Positions 26,901 through 38,025 of a stretch of 64,000 bases of DNA are shown here, piece after piece. Under the pieces are notes generated by a model that saw nothing but the letters and a program-made list of their open reading frames with translations, was not told where the DNA came from and did no database searches. The position numbers were made by a program, and so were the translations under genes. Position 1 is the first letter of the stretch, and each line of letters opens with the position of its first letter. Source of the stretch: Diadema antillarum (taxonomy: Eukaryota); NCBI RefSeq assembly GCF_040938485.1, contig NW_027271365.1, forward strand, positions 1,550,001 through 1,614,000, in the 5' to 3' direction.

Positions 26901-29900
26901 AAGAGAAAGGCATATGAGAAAAAAGATGGGGGAAATGAAGGCTCATTAAAATGACTGCAGTTGTACAAGCGTTAATCCAAAGTCTATGAGAATTGTGCAC
27001 AATTGTAGGCTTAATGTACCAACACTTTCATTTGTACCACAGGGATGTTAAACAATTAATCTATGGTTTCAGTTCAGTTAATGAATTAAAACAAGTGTAT
27101 AAAAACAGGCATATCTTGCATGTATGCATGTGTTGGCATGTATACCCAATACGTCACATGCACTTGCACTCACAAACCACGAAGTATGTATCAAAGCTAG
27201 CTTGTTTTTTTTTAAATGCTATTTTCTAATTGAGAGCAGTATTTGAGAAATAGTGAACTAACTTCCTGGAGTACTACTTATACAGCCAATCGATTCACTC
27301 CTAAATGGTAATTTAGGAGTGAATAGAGTTAAATCATGCATGTTTGGAATGTTGTCAGGACAAAAAAAAAATCTCTTTGCCCCAGTGTGTACACACATGC
27401 TGTACAGTGCAAATTTATTGTGCCATTTCTCAAATTATCCCAATAATTCTGAAATAAATGCGAGATTTCTTGGGATTTAGATCATGATGCCGATCACGCT
27501 ATTTAGTGGGACTTTTATGTCCACACTCGTAATGAAATTCTGGATATTTGGATCGCAAATCTTGAGATATTTGTATCCCACTAACTTGTGTCGATGTGAA
27601 TTCCAATTATGTTAAAGGTGGGCAGTGACACCTTTTAGTGAATATCAAGTGATGAGCAGTGGACCAACCAGAAAGCTTGAATCTTGTCAGGTGTTGCATA
27701 AATTGCATTTGGCTGCAATCTCTGATGGCTTATTATGTTCAGATCATCTGGTACAATTAAGAAAGAGACCCATCTGAGTATTGCTTGAAACATTTTCTGA
27801 CTTTTTGCACGGGCAAGGAAAATAGAGTGACAGACAGAATAAGAGTAAAAGAGAGAGAGAGTGAGAGAGGACACGGAGATAGAGAAGAGAGAATCACAAT
27901 GGTAGGAGAAGGAGCAGAAAGGTAGAAAGAACGAGATAGAAAGATATTATTTCAGAAATAAACTAGAGCAGAGATATTAAACTATAGAGAAGAGAAAGAA
28001 CAGAGATTACAAGCCAAATGGAGGAATACAGCTAATCAAACTGTCAATCCATTTTCAGTGAAGATAAACAAGTTTCGAAGGACAGAGATAAACAGTCCTA
28101 GCAGCTTTCAAAGCGATAATTCTGATGGCATTAAAGCCAGGTTCTGGATGAGGCACGCAAAAAAATTCTGCCCACACCGGCTCATTAGGTATACGGTGAA
28201 TGTCATATTCCTACCCCGGAGGCCAGCTGGCCTGTCATATGTGCAAATGAGAGCCGTTTTGCATAATAACGTGACAACTCTGGGACACGCATCTCAGCCG
28301 AACAACCCAGGGGGTGCAGTCTGGATGCAGGACAACATCGCTATCAAGTCATCCAAACCCAAATCCACGAACCCTCCAGGAATGCACCGTCTCGCTCATC
28401 TTGGTCCTCGTGGGCAGGGGTTACTGGGCAGTGCGGCCACGGAGTGGGATATACAGTAGCCATAAGAAAAAGATAACAAAGGACCAAAGTATGTCATAAC
28501 AGCATGGACTGACAAAAAGGAATTGCCCCAGGAATCGTGGCTTGTGCGTCATCTCATGCAGTTGGGAGACACTTGATTTTTTATAACCCTGTTTTTGTGC
28601 AACCCTAGATGACATGGCCTACCTCTTCATATTCCCGCTGAAAAAAAAAAAGTTGGAATGTACAAGATTAAATGGTTCACAAATCTTGAGACAGATAGTC
28701 AGTGGTGGAGATAGGATTACAAATGGAAATTTAAACAAGTTTTCAAGTACCTCAAGTTATCTCTATTCTGGCAAGGCATGATGAATACTTGAGCAACATT
28801 ATTGCACTTTTATACCACTCTGAAAACCAGCCTTTAACTGATGAGGGTGTTCCACCCCATGATTGGAAAATAAAACTTGTAATTGAATTGAATACGCAAC
28901 TGTGCACTTACCTTGTAGCTGCTATGAGGAAACCTGCACATTGCTGAAGATGTCTAAATGTAGTCTGCTAGTATTTATATACAGATGGAATATAAATGTA
29001 GTCTGCTAGGTATTTATATACAGATGGAATGTCATTCATGTCATCATCTTCAGCTTTAATGGTGTTACAAATTTTGTACTGTCTTTATTCCCCACAGTAC
29101 TAGCAAATTCTAATATCCGCAGAGAACAAATAGTAGTCTGACTTCAGGTTGCTTTTATCATTAGTAGTATTTTTTTCTTTAGTAGAATGCTGCACAAGAT
29201 CCTTTTATCTACATACTATCAAGGCATTCACGGATGTCCCCCCCCCCCCCCAAAAAAAAAGAAGATACGGATAAATAAACTGGCAATGTTTAGTGGAAAG
29301 CAATATTTGTTTTGGTTTCAATCTACACAACATAATTCAACTATTTAAACTTAATTTATCAATGTAATGACCCTTTCTTGACCTCATAAGATCCACCCCC
29401 CCCCAACAGTACCACATCTGTGTAAACATTCACTACGGTAGAATGTATACTCCTGTGGGAGCCTAGATTCTAAGACGAACTCGGATCGAATGTCTCCACC
29501 GACACACACAAGCTTTCCTCTAATAAGGAAAGAGAGGCTACCATGGCCAGTTGTGGCAGATTGTCTGCGCAGACCGCTGCGGGATGAGTTACACCACCAC
29601 GCGGCCAGCACGGAATCCTCGTCTGACCCGCTGCGTGGCGTGGTACAGACAGACACGGCACATCTTGTATTTCTCTCTGACCCCATTTCGGGCAGCGTGT
29701 GACGGTGGGTCTCTCAAATTGACCACATTGGTATAGGTTTGCTTCTGCGTGCAAATATTAATCCTGCATATCAGTAAAGCTTTTCTTGATAAAAGGAAGT
29801 TGTCAAGAGCAACACATTCTTTTTAGAGACAACTGACTACAACAGAGCTTGAACATGTATTCCATCCGAGTGGGGGTTTGGTGAGGTGTGTAATATTCGG

Positions 29901-30313
29901 TTTGAATCAAAATTACTATGAACATGAACTTGTATGCAGAAAATACAATAGACACAAAAATGAACAATAAGTTTTATGGATTTTTGAAGGATTTTTTTAA
30001 TCTTTTGCCAGATAGAATCGATGAACTTGGGAGTTCAAGCTGCACGTATTTAAGGTTTGCATACCCACTCTATAAGCGCATGCTTTGTGTTGGTGAGGCA
30101 CCGCATAGCTGAAAGCTGACGACGTAAACAAAAGGCTAATATATTGGAAAATTGGGTAATTTTCAGCATACGTGTGTGTGAGTGGAGATGAGCTGCTTGA
30201 CAGAGGTCTGCACTCTCTGAGTGCTCTTCTAGTTCTCATTGCTATTAAAGTCCTTCAGAGGGGATGATTAACTCTTCATGTGCCATGGTGTAAACCAAAT
30301 GTGTGCCACATTA

Positions 30314-30534
30314 CTGTATACGCTGTTATTTCCGCGTATAGATATTTTTGCGAATGACAAGGTCACAGACATTTTCGCGAGATGTTGCTTTCGCGAATCA
30401 ACGCTGACACTTACGTTAATGCTATGTTAACACAGCGCATGGAGTCATTTTTGCGTGTTGTTAAATTCACGATCCAACTGTGATACGCGAAATTCGCAAA
30501 AATTAAACCCTCGCGAAAATAACAGCTTATACAG
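30314..30534. mobile_element. TA-flanked MITE (CTGTA...TACAG ends)
   Basis: TA|CTGTATACGCTGTTATTTCCGCG ... CGCGAAAATAACAGCTTATACAG|TA. Confidence 0.8.
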
Positions 30535-31312
30535 TATTCTAAGAATGGAATGCATGATGACTCTTGGGAAACATTCTGTTTTTCAAAACCATGTACCTTT
30601 CTATTGAAACATTTAAGTTAGACATGCGTTAAGCAAACTTGGAGAGAAATTTCAAGCTTTGCTGCAATGTACATCTTGTGACAAAGCTATGATTGTTTCT
30701 CTTGCAAATTGGCCAGTACAGCAGCAAAAAAGCACAACCTCCGAATAACAAAGCCTCAGGCATCCTTGATGCGGAGGTATACAGATCTATACTTATTGCA
30801 TTTTATTTCAAAATCAAAGCAAGATGGCAGCTCAAAGTCATAAATACTATCCCACCCACCCCACCCACCTCTCAACCAAATGTATATCTCAGCTTGATTG
30901 ACAACTGAATAACCCAGCGATGGCAGACGATGCGGCTCAATCAATTCACAGGGTCACTGCGGGGTCAACACTGCGCAAATCTTGATTTCCGAAAATGCAC
31001 AGTCTCACTGTCAAATCAATGGAACGTAAAGCAGAGCTGCATACACAATGATCACATGGCTGCAGATAAACCTGTGTCAACACACTACGAGTGGTAAGAG
31101 CGCAACTTCTCCAGAAAACATCTCGGGTGTTAAAAACACGATGGAGCCAGTACAAATGCATTGATGTCATTCCTGCTTTTAACTGTCAAAAAATTAACGA
31201 GGTCTAAACATGATGACCAAGCTTTATGGTAAACTTGATCACAGTTTATTAAAGCCATGACATGACATGAATGATCTGTCCTGTCCTCGTATAGGAAGAA
31301 ATTTCATGAGGA

Positions 31313-31971
31313 AACAAGGAAAAGTAGAAATTACGCGTTGCGTAATATATGTCCCCGCCGGAAGTAGCATTTTGTAGCAACATGTACAATATAGGTAAAA
31401 AATCAAGGTCAAAGGTCAAAGAAGTCAAAGGTCAAAATTCTGTGTAGAAGTTTTGAAGCCCTCACCTAGTGCCATCACATAAAGCAAACGGAATCGAAAT
31501 CGGGTTAGAAATGGCGAAGGAGTAGCATTTTGTAGCAAAATGTACAATAAAGGTAAAAAATCAAGGTCAAAGGTCAAAAAGTCAAAGGTCAAAATTCTGG
31601 TTAGAAGTTTGGAAGCCCTCACCTAGTGCCATCACATAAAGCAAACGGAATCGAATTCGGGTTAGAAATGGCGAAGGAGTAGCATTTTGTAGCAAAATGT
31701 ACAATATCTAGGTCAAAGGTCAAGTTCAAAGGTCACAACTGAAATTCTGTGTGCAAGTTTCAAAGCTCCCATGTAGTGCTATCATATAAAGCAAACAGAA
31801 TCAAAATTGGCTCATAAATGACAGAGAAGTAGCAAATTGAACATTTTGATCACACACGGACGCACAGACGGACGGACGGACACACGGACGCACAGACGGA
31901 CACACGGACACACACACGTTCGGAGCCCGTTTCATAGTCCCCTGCTCGAACTCGTTCGGCGGGGACAAAAA
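31313..31971 (+). mobile_element. Second HINE-like family with internal ~158-bp tandem repeat
   Basis: 5' GTCCCCGCCG (31351-31360) is inverted to 3' CGGCGGGGAC (~31957-31966), which closes a 3' hairpin. ACGG/ACAC microsatellite ~31853-31917. Three ~157-158-bp units start at 31363, 31521 and 31678. Confidence 0.7.
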
Positions 31972-32236
31972 GTGTACTATTGGCCTAATTACAGTTAGAG
32001 TTTGTTCATACAATGTAGGCAAAATCTGATGATTTGACTGATATTGTTGTCATTTTGAAATCCACATTGCCATTTTCTGACAAGTGTTTTTGTGTGTCAA
32101 GCAACTGAGTTAATTTTAAAGATGTAGACGAGAGTGTCTGCATTTGTGGCCTGAATTCATATTTATTTGTGTTATGCTGAGCAGAAATATGACTTTGATT
32201 CAAAGATAAGAATTGCTTCTATCAATTCAAATTTAT

Positions 32237-32643
32237 GAAATTCTTCGAGATGCTTTTATTGCAACTGATTGACAAATTGCCCTACATCTACTTGAATAAG
32301 CACTGAATTGATCAGTGTTTTGGTGGCACCCATGATATAAGAAATCACGGACATACATGTACATACTCGAGCAGGTTTCGAACCTAAGATCTCTGGATAG
32401 GTGTCATCTCAGCTAGATCACCGAGCTTCCACCCGACAGCAAGTATTGGTTCTAATCCTTATAGCATGCAGCGGGCATTGCATAATTATCTAAATCCATG
32501 AAATTCTTCCATTGAGATGTTTTTATTGCAAGTATTGACAAACTGCCCTACATCAACGTAAATAGGCACTGAATTGATCAGTGTTTTAGTAGTAGCCATG
32601 GTAACAAAGAAAAAAAAAATCATGGACGTACATACTCGAGCAG
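32237..32643. repeat. Direct repeat (~140-bp units, ~265-bp period) enclosing a tRNA-like SINE head
   Basis: GAGATG…TTTATTGCAA…ATTGACAAA…GCCCTACATC…GCACTGAATTGATCAGTGTTTT…TACATACTCGAGCAG occurs twice. B-box AGGTTCGAAACCTGC on the minus strand (+32371-32385). Confidence 0.6.
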
Positions 32644-33169
32644 TATTTCATCAATGCCTGTCTGTTTTGATGTATGAAAGCTGTGTGTATTTTTGTTTGA
32701 TTTGTCTTTTTCCAATAAAGTAGTGCACTTTTTTTGCTACAAAACTTGTATGAAGATGTACATAGCAATCCAGGCTGAGGTCACTAGATCTTGACTTTCA
32801 CTGACTCCATTCAGGTGATCTGAAAGTGTATACCGGTAACATGTTTAATGGCACATGTACTTGATTGTGTAAAGAGGAAACATGTACAATTTGATTCCAT
32901 TGTACATCAATAGAAATCTGACAACTGTTTGAATAATTACAGCAAGTTGGAACTCCATGTATAAAACCTCCTTGGTTCAATAGCCCCCCCCCCCCCCCCC
33001 TCAACTGACCCAACAACCACCTGTGCACACATGGTGTACGGTCAGGAGTGCAGTGCATGAAAAAAGTATGTCTTTCACTGGCACGTTCCCATCATCCGTG
33101 GAATTGTCCTCGTTTCTATTTGTTCTCTACAGATAATCGGTCTACATGGGTAAATGTGTGTGCTGACAT

Positions 33170-33870
33170 GGACTCATCCGCAGACAAATAAGGTGCGGGA
33201 CGTGAACTCTATGCACGTGGCTTGCAACATGGGCTTAAATTCTACTCTTGGAGATGTCTCTGTGTTTGGAGGTCGACATCAGTGAATAAAACCTTCCGGT
33301 GCTATATAGGGGCTAATGCTGCCAACTCGGCCTTAGCCCCAGACAAACAAGGCATAGGATGCACATCCGCCACACACATGGCATGCAATGTGGGCTTCAA
33401 TCTTGAGATGGTGAGAATCTTCTGTGTGGAGGTCAACATTGAATGAAATCATCAAGTTGACCTAAAGGGTCAACTCGGCCTTAGCCCCAGACAAATGAGG
33501 CGTAGGATGCACATCCGCCACACATGTGGCATGCAAGTGTGGGCTTCGATCTTTAGATGGTAAGAATCCTCTGCGTGGAGGTCAACATTGAATGAAATCA
33601 TCAAGTTGGTATTAAAAGGGTCAACTCGGTCTAAGCCCCACACAAACAAGGCGTAGGATGCACATCCGCCACATACATGGCATGCAATGTGGGCTTCGAT
33701 CCTTGAAATGTTGAGAAGTCTAGGCGTTGAGGTCAACATTGAACGAAATCATCAAGTTGGTATTAAAAGGGTCAATGCCACCAACATGGCCTCACTCACA
33801 GTTACTAAACAAGGTGTAGGATGCACATCCGCTACACGTGGCATGCAATGTGGGCTTTACCCTTGCGATG
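33170..33870. repeat. Tandem array of five ~148-163-bp units
   Basis: The core GGATGCACATCCGC…TGGCATGCAATGTGGGCTT recurs at ~33197 (diverged), 33357, 33505, 33656 and 33819. Confidence 0.85.
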
Positions 33871-35581
33871 TTGCGAAAAGAAACTCTACACAGGATCACC
33901 TTTGACACTTGGCAAGCATTATAATACTCTCTTTCAATCTGTTTTGAGCTGTGGAGACCATTTATGCTGTAAACCAATTGAGACAATCATGGTGGTTGTC
34001 AAAGAGGAATTCAAATCCAAGTAATACAAACTTTACATTAGTCGAATTAGAAAAGTAAAACTTTACAAGTACAACAAATTACGAAAGTTATGAAATTGTG
34101 AAGTTTTGCTGACTTCTGCACAACATTTTTCATACAGTTGAAATGAATATGCAAATAAGTGAACTGCTGATGTCATCACCTCACAAGTTTCCATCAATCA
34201 TGTACAAAAATTTAGAAAGAAAATTCTATGTTTCTGTTGCCAAAGTGTATAAAATGATGTTATTCCTGGTTAAATGATTTTAGAATAATGATCACCGAGA
34301 TATAGTAGGATTAGAGACTGGGACATAAGAAAATTGTAGTCCTTCTTTTCAGATTGACTTTAGACTGCACAGAAATTCCTCAGTGGCCTCTTTAAGCCTG
34401 TACTCTGAGCGGATGTACCAAGGATGAAACTATTCGGTACTTTACAAGCATGGACACAAATCTGATAGACAATATTGTAAGAAGAAAGTGAGAAGGCAGT
34501 TTGATCATGTTCGTATATGACAACCACATCAACAATGAAAGGTGGACACAAGCCACATCTAAACAAAAGTATCATTATCTCATGGAAAAACCCTCCGATG
34601 AAAATATCCCTCTTCCTTCACTTGTAGAGATAACGTTATGCCCCCAGCATGTTCAAATTGGCCACATTGTGTAATATTTGTTAGTACTAGGTAGTTTGTT
34701 AAGTAGCAAGATTCAAGAAATTTGATGTTATGGCAACAGAATGTTCTTAAAATAAATAGCAAACATTTTGTAGAGTACCACTAAGAATTATTTGATTACA
34801 GGCAAAGAGACAAAAAACAAAACAAAACTGGGAAACTTGTGTTTTTCTCTTGACTTAATTTCTTTTGCCGCGACTGATTACTGCGATGCTGTTTATCCAG
34901 CACAAACTGCAATTAGGGAGGAAAACCTAAATGCCTGATAAAAATTTTCAATGCTGCTTTTCCTTGACATTTGTCAAGACACTTGTAAACAGCCTCCTAA
35001 TCCATTTTTGAGTGGCTTCTCCAATCAACAGCCAAGAAAGGTGACTAATCTAAGTCTTGATGTAAGAAAGATGAGCACTAATAATCATGCTGATACCATA
35101 CATCTGGATTATTATTATTTTTTATTTCTTTACTTTTTTTTGGTGTGGATGATTATTGTCACGTGTTTCATAACATGCCGGTACCAAAATAGCAAAACAT
35201 GCAAACATATTTGTTTGCTACACTTTCTACAAGTGAATTTATATCATTTGGCAGACAGTAAAACTGAAAATATCAAACCCATCTTATATGAGCGAGTATG
35301 AAGACTTGATATCTCTCAAAACTTGCCACATTATCTATTGTTTCTTGCAGTTACAAATTGTAAATCTTTTTATTTGCAGAATTTATCTATATGCGGCCAA
35401 CTAAACCTTTCTACCTGTAAAAAAAAAGAGGATTTGGCTCAAACGTAGGAAGAATGAACAGTTCCCATAAGAGTGTGTACTAATATCATCAAGAAGAATA
35501 GGAAACTTCTATTGAAACAAAAGCTGGGAATGGTCAAAATTCAGATTCACCTCTAAATTCAGAATGGTTGGAAGGTCTGTA

Positions 35582-35752
35582 NNNNNNNNNNNNNNNNNNN
35601 NNNNNNNNNNNNNNNNNNNNNNNNNNNNNNNNNNNNNNNNNNNNNNNNNNNNNNNNNNNNNNNNNNNNNNNNNNNNNNNNNNNNNNNNNNNNNNNNNNNN
35701 NNNNNNNNNNNNNNNNNNNNNNNNNNNNNNNNNNNNNNNNNNNNNNNNNNNN
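35582..35752. other. Assembly gap (N run)
   Basis: Continuous Ns, followed by a (CTAT)n-like repeat. Confidence 0.99.
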
Positions 35753-37004
35753 CTATCTAGCTATCCATTCATGTATCTATCCATTTTCAATCTATTTTAT
35801 CTATCTTAATACCCACCTAACTATCTACCATATACTCCATACTATCACCACTGTAATCTACAAAAGTTCACCCCTAAACCAATCCTTGATCACAATCTGA
35901 CATTCTAGACTACCTGGAATCAGCGAAATTCACAAGCTTTTAAAGATAATTTCACCAAAAAAAACCCCACAAAATCATTCATTCTTAACGTACAACAAGC
36001 CTTCTACCACTTACTTGGTACCTATAATGTATGCAATTAAGTGCTCCATTTACGTAATTATTTGGTGCTTACTGAACAGTGGAGACATTCTGCATGAAAT
36101 GGAGAAGGAAATGAAATAAAACTGCTAGAGGGAAAATGGCATAACAATAGTCCCCACTCATTCGAGCACCACTAAATTGGGCACATTGCTTAATTGGGTT
36201 AGAAATAATAATAGTATTCTCCATCAGATACCATCAGAGGTACATGTACAACTGGTTAAGAGGAGACTCCTGTATTAATCTTTTAGGAGTAAATTGTGAG
36301 CTGCCATTACAATTACAACAATGCTACATCACATGATACACCAGAAGGGTCCAGTATGGTAAAACAACCTTTTGCACAATTTTTTTTTTCTCCTTCTTAC
36401 TCAGCAGTACCTATGGGAATGGGGATGCCGCTAGGGATGAGGCTGCAATATCTTAATAGGTAGCCAGGGTTTCATAAACCAACTTGCCCTCTTGCCGAAG
36501 GACAACTTATACTCACCGTCAGGCTGACAAATGAAAAGACATATGTGGAGGTGAAGTGTGGAGCCTCTGCCAAAATGCCTCCTCAGTCAAAGTAGAAGAT
36601 GTACCTTTGTACCTTGTACACATATTCCAAAGTGTGACTCAAAATACTTTCCATAAATAGGTGATACATTAAATTCTAAAATTCAATACCCTTGGCTTGA
36701 TCGACAAATGCTACTTGATTAATTTCTCAAGTGCACTCTGTGAAATCCAATACCTCAATCATCTCAAGCTCTCAACAAGTATCAATGTTATACAATGTAG
36801 ACGCTTGCAGGCGCATGTCTTCAAACAACTCTTGCCTTAGAAATGTGGCATCAACCAGGTGATCATTAGTGAGTAATGACCATCCATTAGTGAAAGTCAC
36901 AGGGGGCCAAAAATAAATGCCGTGCACGAGCCCCTTCAGATGATGATCTGGTCAGGGTCAACATGAAGGGCGAAGACAGTGTTCTTGAAGACCCCTTATT
37001 TGGG

Positions 37005-37403
37005 TTCTTAGATGGTTTATAAGGGTCTATAGGAAAACTGTACATTTTTTTTTGTTGCGAGATAATCAGAAACCATTTATGAAATATGAAAGAACATACA
37101 ATTCTAACAGGTATTCAAAGTTTATTTATTGAAAATCAGTTCTGAAATCACTGAGATATCCACAAAACAAAGTAAAACAAAGAAATCCTATTTGATTAAA
37201 GAAGGGTCCCACCGTTTATGAGGATCACTTTGTTTTGGATATCTCAGCCATTTCAAAACCAATTTTCATCAAATAAACTTTAAATTCCTCTCAGAAATAT
37301 ATGCTCTTTAATATTACATAAGAAGTTTCTCATTATCTTATTAAAAAAAAAAGAAGAAGCTGGAAGCATGAAGCCCAATTTGAAGCAAAACTATACCATC
37401 TCT
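37005..37403. mobile_element. Degenerate Kolobok-type MITE (same family as 5847/10792)
   Basis: Right end AAAACTATACCATCTCT|TTAA; internal CTGAGATATCC / GGATATCTCAGCCATTTCAAAACC. The left end is eroded, so the start is approximate. Confidence 0.6.
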
Positions 37404-37774
37404 TTAAGGGATAGCTATAAGCTGAATATTCATTGATTAAATAAGGTTTTATGAACAATCCATCAAAGTAATCACCAAACGTTTGTAATTGCATTACAAA
37501 AGGTAATCTAAAAAGCATGTTTCCAAATGCTTTAACGTAAGGAGGCAGTACACTGGGCCGTTACACAGGATGTAAATTGTACATTGTACAAGAACATCCG
37601 GTAAACCTGTGTGGGTGTTCTAATGAGCAGGAAAAAAAAATCATTCCTGTGGTCGCTGGAGACATTGAACATGAAAAATGATTAAAAAAGAAGCAAATAA
37701 CCATAAAATTCACCCACTCACTACTTATTATGCAAGGACGGGAGTAAAATCAATGTTAATGTCATCAATGTAGT

Positions 37775-38025
37775 GGGCGGTTAGGTGGCTCAGTCTACTG
37801 CACATCTGCCTAGCAATCAAACGGCACGGGTACGAGTCCCATCTAGTGGAGCGCTGTTGTGGGTAATCAAGCCATTCCCTCAGGTTAAGAAACAAAAACA
37901 TGTTGTCCCTCGGATAGGACATTAAATGGAGGTCCAATGTGTGAGCAAAGCCACAACTCATGCAGACCAGTATAAAGATCCGACACACAATGAGTGGGGT
38001 GCAAACCGAATTAAGTGGCCCGCCC
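37775..38025 (+). mobile_element. tRNA-derived SINE (resembles sea-urchin SURF-type SINEs)
   Basis: A-box-like TGGCTCAGT (37786-37794); B-box-like GGGTACGAGTCCC (37828-37840); body motif CCCTCGGATAGGACATTAAATGGAGGTCC. The family name is from recall and unverified. Confidence 0.55.

Noticed and set aside
28912-28953. Possible 42-nt minus-strand exon with a GTAAGT donor (and a similar candidate near 36516-36605)
   Set aside because: No recognisable peptide and no phase link to the PTB exons; the 36516 candidate has stops in all frames.
33170-33870. CRISPR-like interpretation of the tandem arrays (also 31363-31835)
   Set aside because: The whole units are homologous with no unique spacers, there are no cas genes, and the context is eukaryotic.
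22296-37840. tRNA-gene interpretation of the A/B-box sequences at 22296, 32371 and 37828
   Set aside because: No complete cloverleaf; the boxes continue into SINE-like bodies.
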